Shown here in pieces: positions 1 through 9,401 of a stretch of DNA of 64,000 nt. Each line of letters opens with the position of its first letter. Positions within the stretch are counted from its first letter, which is position 1. A model generated the notes under the pieces. It ran no database searches and had not been told where the DNA came from. It saw only the letters and a program-made list of their open reading frames with translations. The stretch is taken from positions 47,708 through 111,707 of the IMG/VR virus record IMGVR_UViG_3300046002_007411, one strand, 5' to 3'. Both the position numbers and the translations under genes were made by a program. The DNA is from a virus.

Positions 1-433
1 GATCAAGCATGTCATTCATTTTGTCCCAGTCGTCTTGACTATACCATTCAAGAAGTTCTGGTGTATATAGCCCTAAAGCTACATTTTTCTTGACAATGTC
101 CACAAGATGCGGTGGTTCATACCCACCATACACGTCTTTTCTCAGCATGCTGACTCGATGCTTGCCAGCAACATACTGATAGTTCACATGTGCTAAATCA
201 GGATCTTGCTCTACGTCAATCAAGTTGACTATTGCACGTAATGTGACCTCGTCAATTTCCTTGGTGGTAATCCCATCGTAAAACTGTGGTTGAGCACGAA
301 TTTCAATCATGCTTTGGCTCACATCACTTATCCCACGACAGATTTTGCCAATCTGCGCTTGCCATTTTTCAATTAATAGTGGTTCTCTCTTGCCGCTTCT
401 TTTAATAACATTTATTTGTTTCATTGACGTCAT
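1..433 (-). CDS. nrdA: Ribonucleoside-diphosphate reductase class Ia alpha subunit, N-terminal part (ATP cone); runs off the window edge
   Basis: Manual translation of the minus strand from ATG 433 (or 424) gives MTSMKQINVIKRSGKREPLLIEKWQAQI...FYDGITTKEI...NYQYVAGKHRVSMLRKDVYG, a typical NrdA ATP-cone N-terminus. Not in the ORF track because it is truncated. Confidence 0.9.
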   Translation of the reverse strand, partial: MTSMKQINVIKRSGKREPLLIEKWQAQIGKICRGISDVSQSMIEIRAQPQFYDGITTKEIDEVTLRAIVNLIDVEQDPDLAHVNYQYVAGKHRVSMLRKDVYGGYEPPHLVDIVKKNVALGLYTPELLEWYSQDDWDKMNDMLD

Positions 434-456
434 ATAAGTGATGCCTTTCACAGTAG

Positions 457-490
457 ATTATAGACAGTGGTGCCTTGCTTACGCAAGGCA
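457..490 (-). promoter_or_regulatory. Putative sigma70-type promoter for nrdA, overlapping a short hairpin
   Basis: Minus strand reads TTGCGT-N18-TATAAT; inverted repeat tgccttgc/gcaaggca at 471-490. Confidence 0.4.
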
Positions 491-505
491 TGTAAATTCC
501 GATGT

Positions 506-1003
506 TTAAACTGGCACAGGTAGGTATTTTTCTAAGTCACAGCGCCAACGATTCTGTAAAATAACATTGTTTCGTGGTAGTTGCCAAGATTTAATCTTGC
601 GGTATTCCCATCCTATCAACCATGTGTTTGCAATGCAAACTGCCAGTTGTTCTTGATGCTGCTGTGTGTCACGCAGCAATAAAAGTTCCAAATCATGAGG
701 TTGCCAACGTGAGTCTTGGGACAATGCACAGGTATAAAACATACCCAAACTCACGCTGTTCTCATCAAAATCACCTTGATCTAAAAGCTGCCAGGGATTG
801 GGCCAAGTGCCAAGTTGACTGTAATCTAAAACACGAGGTTTTAGTGGAGCCAAACTCCAAAAATCAACAATCTTTTCCAGCCAATCTTGATCTGAAAGAT
901 CTGGTGTCAACTCTCGACGTAATTTTTTCCAAGATGACAATCTGTGCTCACTTCCTTGCACAAAGTCTACTTGACTCCAGGAAGTGCCGTTAACAACTGA
1001 CAT
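506..1003 (-). CDS. Hypothetical phage protein
   Basis: Trp-rich ORF in the same orientation as its neighbours; likely start ATG 1003 (MSVVNG); no recognisable function. Confidence 0.7.
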   Translation of the reverse strand: MSVVNGTSWSQVDFVQGSEHRLSSWKKLRRELTPDLSDQDWLEKIVDFWSLAPLKPRVLDYSQLGTWPNPWQLLDQGDFDENSVSLGMFYTCALSQDSRWQPHDLELLLLRDTQQHQEQLAVCIANTWLIGWEYRKIKSWQLPRNNVILQNRWRCDLEKYLPVPV

Positions 1004-1032
1004 GTTTATTTCTCTTGGCAACTGCGGTTGGA

Positions 1033-2406
1033 TTAAGTATTAGGGTGAGATGTAATATTAGTACCAACTATAGTATTAGCCCCTGTAGTAATCAATCCAT
1101 CGTTACATATGTTACCCACAAAGTTATTGTAGTCGGCAGTGCCGCTTTCGGTAATATTGGGTGTTATTGCACTTGCACAAGTGTTGCCAGTTATTGTGGT
1201 ATATTTGCCTTTTACATCAATGTCACTTGTTCCATTGGGACTGAATACACAACCAGTAACCGTATTCCAACGACCATCTATATTGGCAGCATAGGTGTTT
1301 AGCGCAACAAAGCAACCAGTAAGTTGTATTCTTTCGCAATCGCTGTCAGTGTGCAAGCCCGGTCCCCAGTATCCACCTGTTCCTGCAAAGGAAATGTCAG
1401 TGCCTTGGAATCTCCAGTTTGCACAGTTCACCAAATCAACCATGGGATCACTTGTGGGCGTAGGTGTTGTGCCCGAGGGGAATCCACTGGTAAAGCTGCC
1501 GCCAATTACATTTGCCCAGTGAATTTCGTTGGCATAAATGCCTTTTTGACCATTAGATTCACAGTTGATCAACCGTTGTCCTTCACTAGAAGGTCCCCGT
1601 GGAGACTCGCTTTGAATAAGAGTGTATCCATATCCTGTGCCGTTTTGTGCATGACAACTGTTGAAGTTCACGTCACCGCAGGTGTCTATGTAATAGGGAG
1701 TAGTGCAACTTTGCGCTTGAAGATTGTTCAACCAAATATTTGCAGAAAAACGCAAATGCACAGCTTTGTTTAATAAACCAAATTCGCAATCAGTTATTCT
1801 AATATAAACAACGCGGATGGCAGCATCTGTGCCTGAAATATATACTGCTGTGCCTGCTCCGGGATTCTGACTGATAAACGATAGTTGGCTGATGTTTATA
1901 TTTGTGTTTGTAACTGTAGTTTCTGTGTATGTGAATATATCTTGACCAGAGTCTCTAGCATAAACTTCACTTACACCAGTTCCATCACCCACTATAGTGA
2001 TATTGGGACCAATAGTGATGGCTCCTACCTTATACTGACCTGATGGAAAATACACTGTGGCTCGATCTGCCGCCAAAGCTGCGTTAACCGCTGCTTGCAC
2101 AGCACCAGTTGCATCTTGTGCAAAAACACCAGTTGCACCAAAATCTTTTACATTGAAAACGTCAGCAAATCTGTCGGCAAGAACTCTAGCAAATGTTGTA
2201 TTGGTAGCTAAAACATTGACATTGCTTAAAACATCTTGACTAAACTGCGTGATGATTTCAGTGTTGTCTCCAAATCCATCACTGTTGCCTATAAACAACT
2301 GGCGGGTGTCCAAGCACCAACCCAACTCGCCTTCGCTAAGTTGAACGGGTAAATCGCTACGCAAACCTCTACGGTGCTGAATTTGGCTGGTAACTACAAT
2401 AGTCAT
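1033..2406 (-). CDS. Tailspike/tail-fibre protein: Mtd-N-like N-terminus plus pectate-lyase-like right-handed beta-helix (putative depolymerase)
   Basis: N-term IQHRRG...LSEGELGWCLDTRQLFIGN; FNVKDFGATG...VYFPSGQY (Pectate_lyase_3-like); Asn/Cys/Thr ladder repeats at the C-term; TAAATA upstream. Confidence 0.8.
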   Translation of the reverse strand: MTIVVTSQIQHRRGLRSDLPVQLSEGELGWCLDTRQLFIGNSDGFGDNTEIITQFSQDVLSNVNVLATNTTFARVLADRFADVFNVKDFGATGVFAQDATGAVQAAVNAALAADRATVYFPSGQYKVGAITIGPNITIVGDGTGVSEVYARDSGQDIFTYTETTVTNTNINISQLSFISQNPGAGTAVYISGTDAAIRVVYIRITDCEFGLLNKAVHLRFSANIWLNNLQAQSCTTPYYIDTCGDVNFNSCHAQNGTGYGYTLIQSESPRGPSSEGQRLINCESNGQKGIYANEIHWANVIGGSFTSGFPSGTTPTPTSDPMVDLVNCANWRFQGTDISFAGTGGYWGPGLHTDSDCERIQLTGCFVALNTYAANIDGRWNTVTGCVFSPNGTSDIDVKGKYTTITGNTCASAITPNITESGTADYNNFVGNICNDGLITTGANTIVGTNITSHPNT

Positions 2407-2531
2407 GCTAGTGGGATCTCCATGTTGGATATTTATTAAAGGTAGGGCTGTAATGCGCTTACATTTACCACACGTTTGTTAATATCATACACATGCTGCG
2501 TGGGTTATCCCAAACACATGCATTTTTTTGG

Positions 2532-2559
2532 TTGACATACCGGCTGACTGTGCTATCAT
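2532..2559 (+). promoter_or_regulatory. Sigma70-type early promoter, probably giving a leaderless mRNA
   Basis: TTGACA-N16-TATCAT with extended TG; ATG at 2566 lies 7 nt after the -10; no SD. Confidence 0.65.
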
Positions 2560-2565
2560 GGGCAC

Positions 2566-2979
2566 ATGAGCAAGAAACCCCAGGTCAGCGTTGGTGACGT
2601 TGTCACCGTTTTGGTCAAAAATCGCATGCAGGGCATGCTAGTTTGGAGGCCTGCTACTGACGAACTAGAGGGCAAGATCATGTCAAGCCCGGACTGGGTC
2701 CCTGAGCACAGCTTTTGTATGACTGGCTCGCGATGGGTTCCCATGCGTGTGATCCGTTGGAGCGATGTGGTCAGCATCACGCAGAACGGTCGTACTGAAA
2801 AGGTAGCCCTATCTGCTGAGGTTACCGCCAAGCCACAGGAATGGCAGATTGCAGGCAGCCGCGGTGCAACCTACACTGTCAGCAAGGTTCGTGGAAACTG
2901 GCGTTGCAATTGCGTGGCAGGACAGTTCAACCGGGCGTGCAAGCATGTAGCACAAGCCCAAAAGCTGGCTGCGGCTTGA
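2566..2979 (+). CDS. SWIM zinc-finger protein
   Basis: GSRGATYTV...WRCNCVAGQFNRACKH matches CxC...CxH (SWIM). Confidence 0.8.
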   Translation: MSKKPQVSVGDVVTVLVKNRMQGMLVWRPATDELEGKIMSSPDWVPEHSFCMTGSRWVPMRVIRWSDVVSITQNGRTEKVALSAEVTAKPQEWQIAGSRGATYTVSKVRGNWRCNCVAGQFNRACKHVAQAQKLAAA

Positions 2980-2980
2980 G

Positions 2981-3664
2981 CTAGATCTTGTAAAATTCAG
3001 CCACACGCTGCCACCACAGCTGGCTGATATCGTCAAACTCTTGATCTTTTAGCACCCAACACTGGTGCTCTAGTTGTGGCGTGCACATGACAATCACACC
3101 TTGACGAATATCCGTGCCAAACATAGCATTGTGACAATGTGCATATGCTACCAGCTGTAGCTTGTAATCAAACACCCGCTCGTTGGTTTTGGGACGGTTG
3201 CTTTGTTTGAAGTCCACAATGCTGGGCTGGCCAGCCCAATTTCCGCAGCAGTCGGTTGTTCCTGCGTAAAGCTCGGGATAATATAAGTTGGCTTCCAACC
3301 CCCAAACTTCGTTTAGGTTGGGGCGAAGATAGTTTTCTATCAGGGTCTGTGCCATGTCCCAGCCCTGCTTGTGGTAGATGTTTGTGCCGGATTGTGGATT
3401 TAATCCCAGCAGTGTTTTTTCCAGATAGTTGTGCATGATAGTGCCGCGAGTAGCAGCCTCGGTGGTAATAGCTTGTGCTTTCTGAGCACCCATGCGTCGT
3501 TTCCAAGCAGCAAGTGCTTGTCTAGCTTCTAGAGGCTTGGTAGCCTCTAAAATAGTTGTCACACTGGCAAGTTTATTGCCGTCGGGAGTTAGATAACGAC
3601 GTTGACCTTGGTCATTTGTGCCACGTTCAAGTTTGCTGTAGGAATAGACAGGATTAAGTTGCAT
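2981..3664 (-). CDS. PD-(D/E)XK exonuclease (lambda-exo/MGME1-like)
   Basis: SVTTIL...RGTIMHNYLE...E..LYY..YAGTTD...IVDFKQS...QLVAY motifs. Confidence 0.85.
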   Translation of the reverse strand: MQLNPVYSYSKLERGTNDQGQRRYLTPDGNKLASVTTILEATKPLEARQALAAWKRRMGAQKAQAITTEAATRGTIMHNYLEKTLLGLNPQSGTNIYHKQGWDMAQTLIENYLRPNLNEVWGLEANLYYPELYAGTTDCCGNWAGQPSIVDFKQSNRPKTNERVFDYKLQLVAYAHCHNAMFGTDIRQGVIVMCTPQLEHQCWVLKDQEFDDISQLWWQRVAEFYKI

Positions 3665-3701
3665 AAGCTAGCTTACTACATGCTTTATGAAAAGTCACAC
3701 G

Positions 3702-4031
3702 TTAAATCTTGCGTGATTTTTTAGCCATTTTAGCTACATGATCTCGCGCTTTTTCTGATTCATCAGCACTGGTAATAGATTCCGGGGTGCCAACATCCAG
3801 ATACACATGATCAGGTGTCACTCTCTTGACAAAATCAGCACCTGTTAGAGCGTTCATGACCCATTCCGGGCTAACGTCGTAATCTTGCCCGTGCAGTTCT
3901 TTCATGTGTTTGAGAACCAAGTCCATGCTTACCTTGCTGGTTTTATTAGCAAGGTAAGGTATGAACATCTGTTTCAAACTTTGTGCGACTTCAGTTTCAA
4001 TGTCCTCGCACAAAATTTCACTAATACGCAC
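3702..4031 (-). CDS. Hypothetical protein, probable virion/head protein
   Basis: Likely start GTG 4031 immediately after the upstream stop, giving MRISEILCED. Confidence 0.7.
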   Translation of the reverse strand: MRISEILCEDIETEVAQSLKQMFIPYLANKTSKVSMDLVLKHMKELHGQDYDVSPEWVMNALTGADFVKRVTPDHVYLDVGTPESITSADESEKARDHVAKMAKKSRKI

Positions 4032-4032
4032 G

Positions 4033-7000
4033 TTACAGGGTGCCCTGTAACTTGGTGATCTTTTTATCAAAGTCTCTGGGACCAAACATTTGCAAAACTT
4101 TGATATCTTTTGCATTTAAATCACGCCAAAATTTGGCATTGGCACGGCTTTCAAAAAACTTCTGCTGTTGTTGACCTTGCTGGTCTTGATAAGCCAATCC
4201 CCATGGTGCTTGTTTTTTAGCTTGCACCAGTTTGCGGATTTGCAGCACAGTGGCAACTTGTTCTTGTAGCTTGTGAATGCCTTGATTGCGATAAGCTGCC
4301 AGCCAAGTTTCAACTTTACGTTGATGTTGTTGAGCTTGGGCAATTTTACCTGCAACAACTTCACCTTCTAAACCGTAACCTACATTCAGGGGATCAACTA
4401 CAATGCCTTCGCTAAGCTGTTGTTTCCATGTTTGGCGATGTTCTTGAAGAGTTTTTTGCAAGCTACCAATGTGCTTTTTGAGTGTTTCCAAACGAACTTG
4501 GTTGCGTGTATAGCTTTCTTCTTTTTTGCCAAACATTTTCCAAGCTGTTGCATACAAGACTTCTTCAGCACGATCACCGTATTGTTTGCGGAACTTTTCT
4601 TTGTTTTGGCGTATAAAACGTTCGGCTTTTTCACCAGGAGGCGCAACTTCTTGCAACTGAGCTTCTGGTAATCCTGATGTTTTACGACGTTGCAGTTCCT
4701 TATTTGCGTTTGCGTCGCCTTTAGCAGCTAGTTGTTGCAAACGCTGATCGCTTGCAATGTCGTAGGGATTGCTTACACCAGTTGCGCTGGGCTTCATATC
4801 CAGGCTAGGAGTAGGTTGCGGTCCACGACGTGCAAGTTCTTGACGTGCCTTGGAATCACTAGCAGCTTTTTGCTTTAAACGATCATAGTCCATTATTTCA
4901 TAAGGATTTGCTCCCATTAAACTATTTTCTTTTAGTTTACCGTATGCAAGTGTAGGTGCAGCAGCTTGTGCAGTCCCTGTCCGTGGAATGTGCCCACCTC
5001 TGGTCCTTTGTGATTTTTCCGCTCCGCGTGCACGTTTTGCAGAACCCTGCGTAACGTTCCCACCACGTGCCAAAAACTCACGTTCCATTCTTTCCTGTTC
5101 TTTACGTTCGTCGGGACTTAGGTCTTCTTTCATACCCATGCCGTCATCTTCAGGATCTTCGTCACTGCCCCAGTCATCGTCCCATGCTTCTGCCAAGTCA
5201 TTCTTTTTGCTGCGGCCTAGTGGTTCTTCAGCCCCCGGTGCTTCTGCAGGAGGTTCACCTAGTTCATCGCCATCAGGAGTTTCTTCGCCAGCTAATTCAA
5301 CATCAGGGGCTGGTGCTTCTGCTTGTTGACCGGGTATTCCACCTTGTTGTAGTGTTTCAATGCTAGTGTCAACTTGTTCTTTTGTTTCAGTTGTAGTGCT
5401 TAATAGTGATTCCAAACTGGCTTTTACAGTGTCATTGAAACCTTGTGCAGCTTCAGGGCCAAACTGTTCGCGCATGACGTCTACCAAGGGCATGAGATCT
5501 TCCACGCTCATCTTGGCAATCTTTTCAGCAGTTTGTTGAAGTTGATTGCTTAAATCTTTAGCTGCCAACAGTGTTTCTGCTTGAGCTAGGTCTTGCTGTT
5601 CCATGACCTTTGCACGGCGCAGGCGTTGCTCGGCAAGGTGGCGGCTTTTGCCAGCGCGGGCATCACTGAAGTGATCATCTAGGGCGTGCATTTCAAATTG
5701 CTTGTAGTCTAAATAATGCTTGGCGCTGCTAATGCATTCGCTTGCTGTGGTAAGCTTCATGGCCACCCAGCCTTCGAGATGATCTCCTGGCTTGATCATT
5801 TCAAACAACTTGGTGCTGTATTCCACAATCATCATGAGATTTTGGCGAGTAATACTTCCTGATGTTTCGCCAAGTTCCATGTCACCATCAAGGTCTTCAG
5901 GAAGTTGTTCAGGCTCAAAAGTCTTGTAATAGTCAAGGTAGTGATAAATTTTGTCAAGGTAGTTGGCTGACTTGGTCAATGCACCAGCTATCCAAGGCTC
6001 AATTTCTTCGTTAACTTGTATTTGATTCATCATGCTCATGGCATACTTGGCATTGCGATAAAGTTCGCTGCGGGTCATGCTAGCTTGATATTCATAATGC
6101 TTGACATCAGTATGTGGGTCACGTTCAACGTCTACGTCAAACTCCAAACTGTCATGCATTTCTCCCAGCACATTTTCATCAACTTTTGCAAGTTCATCAC
6201 GTGTGTCGCCAGTTACTTGGAAAGTCTTGCCAGCAACTGTGAAGTGTTTTTTACCTGATTTGATAGCGTCAAGGCGTGCTTTTACAAACTCATTGCCTTC
6301 CGGTGTAACTTCACGACGACTGTGAATCATATCGGTTTCTTTTACTGACTTTTTAGCCTTTTTGTCCATGGGCTGCTCTTTCTCTTTTTCAATTTCTTTT
6401 TCCACTTCCCAGTCGCCGCGACGTATTTCGGGATCACCGCGTAGCTCTTCACGCTGTGCTAGCAAAGCTGGGCCATAAAGCTCAACCCCTTTGTTGACTA
6501 TACGTGTTTTGACTTTGTCAGTTACGTCATCTAACATGCCTGCTTGCTCCGCATGCCGCATGAGCTTGACAATATCACGCTCAAGTGTTGTCAGTTGGGT
6601 TGCTTGCTCTTTGGCAAAAGCTGTGCCCACATGCTGTAGTTTATCTGCTATAGTTTGCAGCGCAACAATGAACAAATCGCGTTGTTCTTGCTGTTGCTTT
6701 TCTTCATTGCTGAGCTTGCCAGTTTTACTGGGAGGAACAACATACATGGCAAACTGCTCAAGTTTGCGGGCAAATGCCAAACGTTGCTGTTCCTTGCTGA
6801 CAGGAGCATCTAGGGATTCTTTTACAGTGGTTTTCTTCTTGCGTCCAGGACTTACTTCACGAAGAGTAATAGACAACGCTTCCAAAATCAGCATGTTTTT
6901 AATGTATTCGGGATTGCTGAGATAGCTGTTGAAGCTGCTGTTTTCAATCACAGTATCCCGGGCCTGCTGTGTTTCCGAGATCATAGCATGTATTTTGCTC

Positions 7001-7104
7001 TCACTGAGATTGTTTGGTAACTCAATACCATGAATACTTTTTAAAGTATGACGTAGTTGTTGTAGTCTATAAGTTGGAGTGGGGTCCAAGTAATCAATAA
7101 CCAT
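4033..7104 (-). CDS. Large modular protein, probable internal head protein processed by the prohead protease
   Basis: 1023 aa; internal duplications; many [LVM]xE sites between modules; TATAAATA upstream. Confidence 0.7.
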   Translation of the reverse strand: MVIDYLDPTPTYRLQQLRHTLKSIHGIELPNNLSESKIHAMISETQQARDTVIENSSFNSYLSNPEYIKNMLILEALSITLREVSPGRKKKTTVKESLDAPVSKEQQRLAFARKLEQFAMYVVPPSKTGKLSNEEKQQQEQRDLFIVALQTIADKLQHVGTAFAKEQATQLTTLERDIVKLMRHAEQAGMLDDVTDKVKTRIVNKGVELYGPALLAQREELRGDPEIRRGDWEVEKEIEKEKEQPMDKKAKKSVKETDMIHSRREVTPEGNEFVKARLDAIKSGKKHFTVAGKTFQVTGDTRDELAKVDENVLGEMHDSLEFDVDVERDPHTDVKHYEYQASMTRSELYRNAKYAMSMMNQIQVNEEIEPWIAGALTKSANYLDKIYHYLDYYKTFEPEQLPEDLDGDMELGETSGSITRQNLMMIVEYSTKLFEMIKPGDHLEGWVAMKLTTASECISSAKHYLDYKQFEMHALDDHFSDARAGKSRHLAEQRLRRAKVMEQQDLAQAETLLAAKDLSNQLQQTAEKIAKMSVEDLMPLVDVMREQFGPEAAQGFNDTVKASLESLLSTTTETKEQVDTSIETLQQGGIPGQQAEAPAPDVELAGEETPDGDELGEPPAEAPGAEEPLGRSKKNDLAEAWDDDWGSDEDPEDDGMGMKEDLSPDERKEQERMEREFLARGGNVTQGSAKRARGAEKSQRTRGGHIPRTGTAQAAAPTLAYGKLKENSLMGANPYEIMDYDRLKQKAASDSKARQELARRGPQPTPSLDMKPSATGVSNPYDIASDQRLQQLAAKGDANANKELQRRKTSGLPEAQLQEVAPPGEKAERFIRQNKEKFRKQYGDRAEEVLYATAWKMFGKKEESYTRNQVRLETLKKHIGSLQKTLQEHRQTWKQQLSEGIVVDPLNVGYGLEGEVVAGKIAQAQQHQRKVETWLAAYRNQGIHKLQEQVATVLQIRKLVQAKKQAPWGLAYQDQQGQQQQKFFESRANAKFWRDLNAKDIKVLQMFGPRDFDKKITKLQGTL

Positions 7105-7185
7105 GAATATTTCCCTGCTGCCTGGGTATGCTAACTGATTTGTATTTATACACCGGCAGCAGAGAAATATATTTTTAAAATTCTA

Positions 7186-7833
7186 CTAGATTGGCAAGTG
7201 TTTTTTTAGTTGATCACGTATCTGTTGTGCGCGATCGCTGCTGGCTTGCATGCGGGTTTCGTAGAGTTGACGTTGATGTTGATCACGTGTTTTGCGACTG
7301 CGGATGCGGAACCTGTGTGCATCAATTTTATGACTGGTATAGGTATCATCTTGCTCAAACAGCTCGCGAACTTTCCAACTGTTGACCATTTCGCCTTTGT
7401 TTAACAGTCGTGCAACGCCCAACGCAGTTTCATAAAGACTGATGTCATTTGCTATTACTTGTTGAGTTTGTGTGTGATGGATACTGTAGTATTGTTTTCC
7501 AGCTAGGCGAGCAGCATCTTCATGAACAGCAATCTGCCAACTTCCCACACTTATTCCACGTGTATTACGTTGCTCTTGTAAAGCTTGGCGGAATTCTTGG
7601 TTGGGCTCAGGATCTTGAACCAAATCATCAGTAATATGTTCCAGTCTAGAAAGCACATTATGCATGGCTTGCACGTCAGCTGACGTTATTTGGCCAGGAC
7701 CTGCCAGTTGCACACTTTCATTCAGTGGTTTACTGGGATTTTTAGGAGAGGATGCTGCACCTGCAGGGGATTTGCCATCCATAATATCCAGCAGATTTTG
7801 CATGTAGTTGCGTTCTTGTTCGCCAACGGTCAT
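7186..7833 (-). CDS. Hypothetical protein
   Basis: 215-aa ORF coupled to the upstream gene (ATGA overlap). Confidence 0.75.
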   Translation of the reverse strand: MTVGEQERNYMQNLLDIMDGKSPAGAASSPKNPSKPLNESVQLAGPGQITSADVQAMHNVLSRLEHITDDLVQDPEPNQEFRQALQEQRNTRGISVGSWQIAVHEDAARLAGKQYYSIHHTQTQQVIANDISLYETALGVARLLNKGEMVNSWKVRELFEQDDTYTSHKIDAHRFRIRSRKTRDQHQRQLYETRMQASSDRAQQIRDQLKKHLPI

Positions 7834-8051
7834 GATTTATGCTCCTGATAACCATAGTAAATATGGCCCTGACTTTGCAGTCTTGTCAAGAGGCCACGCT
7901 GACAAAGTTGTCGGGCTATTTCCTGTTCACGTTCATTTAATGCTCGACGCAAGCAAACACCATTTTCACTTCCACGAACCCGTTCAAGTACAACAGATTC
8001 TTCATTGCTAATGGGTTGCAGCACGCCTTGAGCTATTTCGATAAACTTCAT
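7830..8051 (-). CDS. Small hypothetical protein (possible winged-helix-like)
   Basis: 73-aa ORF overlapping both neighbours by 4 nt; LNEREQEIARQLCQRGLL. Confidence 0.7.
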   Translation of the reverse strand: MKFIEIAQGVLQPISNEESVVLERVRGSENGVCLRRALNEREQEIARQLCQRGLLTRLQSQGHIYYGYQEHKS

Positions 8052-8449
8052 CTTGGTGTTGCACCAACAGGTGCAGGCTGCGCAGCGGTGGGTTTAACGG
8101 CTGTTTGTGAACTTTTTATAAAGTCTGCACCTATTGCACCCAATGCCGTAAGAGCTTTGGTTTTTGCTTGTGCTTGCACAGTTTGAAATGGCTGTGCTTG
8201 AGCATTTTGATAAATGGCACTCAATAACGTTCCAATAACATATAATCTAGCTGCTTCGGCATTTCCTTTGTATTGCGGAAGGTTAATGGCACTTTTCACC
8301 AACTGCGAAATTGTATTACTAGCAGCATCTTCTTGTAAAGTTTCTGCAGGTGTATCAACTCCAGCCAGCTGCAACATTCTACCCAAGGGGTCTAATGTGG
8401 TTAAGTTGCCCATTACCCCTTCATTTACGATGTTTTCTGATTGTGTCAT
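8048..8449 (-). CDS. Hypothetical protein with an RMLQLAGV motif
   Basis: 133-aa ORF; AAGGA RBS; TAAATA at 8473-8478. Confidence 0.75.
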   Translation of the reverse strand: MTQSENIVNEGVMGNLTTLDPLGRMLQLAGVDTPAETLQEDAASNTISQLVKSAINLPQYKGNAEAARLYVIGTLLSAIYQNAQAQPFQTVQAQAKTKALTALGAIGADFIKSSQTAVKPTAAQPAPVGATPR

Positions 8450-8498
8450 AATGTTTTTCCTTGAACGTCAAGTATTTAGTTAGTGAACTTGACATCAA

Positions 8499-8526
8499 GA
8501 AAAAAGGGCGCAAAAGCGCCCTTTTC
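8499..8526. terminator. Rho-independent terminator
   Basis: aaaaagggcgc-aaaa-gcgcccttttc inverted repeat flanked by A/T tracts. Confidence 0.85.
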
Positions 8527-8542
8527 TCCTAGTGGAAAAGTA

Positions 8543-9328
8543 TTACACGCCCACTGTGTTAAGCACAAAGCCTTGTGCTGCCATGGTGTTTGTAAGAGTT
8601 GCACTGCTTGTATTCCATGTTGTTACATAGGGTTGAACAGTGTTCTTGAGGTAGTAGTAGTTGGTTGCATCGGAACCTTGAGCACTTCCGCTAAGCACTT
8701 GAGCGCTTTGAGTGTCATATGCAGTAAGGCCATCCAATCCTTGGTAACTGCTGTTGCTTGCCAAGATGTTGTAACCTTGTGCATTTGTGTTGTCAGCAGC
8801 AGTTGAAGTACTGAAGTTGCTGTTAGTGCCAGCTGTCCACAGCAATGTCTTTTCTGTAGCAACGTGAACACTGTAGAAAGTTTTACCAGTTGTGTATGCG
8901 CTACCAAATACTTGTGTGGGTGTAGCAATGTTGTTGTAAAGCCCGTAAAATGCCCACAAAGTTGTTGTATTTGCATTGATTGCTGTTGCTGTGCCGGGAA
9001 TGTTACCAGTTATGCTGTTAACACTAATGGCAACTGGATTAGCACGGCCAGAAAATGTGCGGATCAAGTTGTCAAGATTGGTTTGCTTGTAAAAAGCATC
9101 TAGATATGCATTCAATGTGGCATAGCTTGTTGCGGTACCGCTGCTGTCTGTAACAGACACTGTGGTCCACACGCCGGTGCTAGCATATGTTTGATAGCTG
9201 GGCAGATCAACTACTGGTGTTACTACATTGGTTTGTCCAACTGGCACAAGTGTCAACAGGGTGAAGAAATCCATGTTGCCAGTTAGGAACTCACCTGCAA
9301 ATGTAGATCCATTTACGCGATCAGTCAT
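8543..9328 (-). CDS. Putative abundant virion structural protein
   Basis: T/S/A/N-rich 261 aa; strong RBS AAGGAG; own TAAATA promoter and terminator. Confidence 0.65.
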   Translation of the reverse strand: MTDRVNGSTFAGEFLTGNMDFFTLLTLVPVGQTNVVTPVVDLPSYQTYASTGVWTTVSVTDSSGTATSYATLNAYLDAFYKQTNLDNLIRTFSGRANPVAISVNSITGNIPGTATAINANTTTLWAFYGLYNNIATPTQVFGSAYTTGKTFYSVHVATEKTLLWTAGTNSNFSTSTAADNTNAQGYNILASNSSYQGLDGLTAYDTQSAQVLSGSAQGSDATNYYYLKNTVQPYVTTWNTSSATLTNTMAAQGFVLNTVGV

Positions 9329-9401
9329 TGTTTATTCTCCTTGTAAGTGCAAGTATATTTTTGCATGAGTATTTATTAGGTTTGCCCAAATCACGCGGGT
9401 T

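Noticed and set aside
1033-2406. Diversity-generating retroelement suggested by the Mtd-like N-terminus
   Set aside because: No reverse transcriptase or template/variable repeat pair in the window; the C-terminus is a beta-helix, not a C-type lectin.
2981-3664. Cas4 / CRISPR association
   Set aside because: Lacks the four-Cys Fe-S arrangement and has no cas neighbours; fits an ordinary phage exonuclease.
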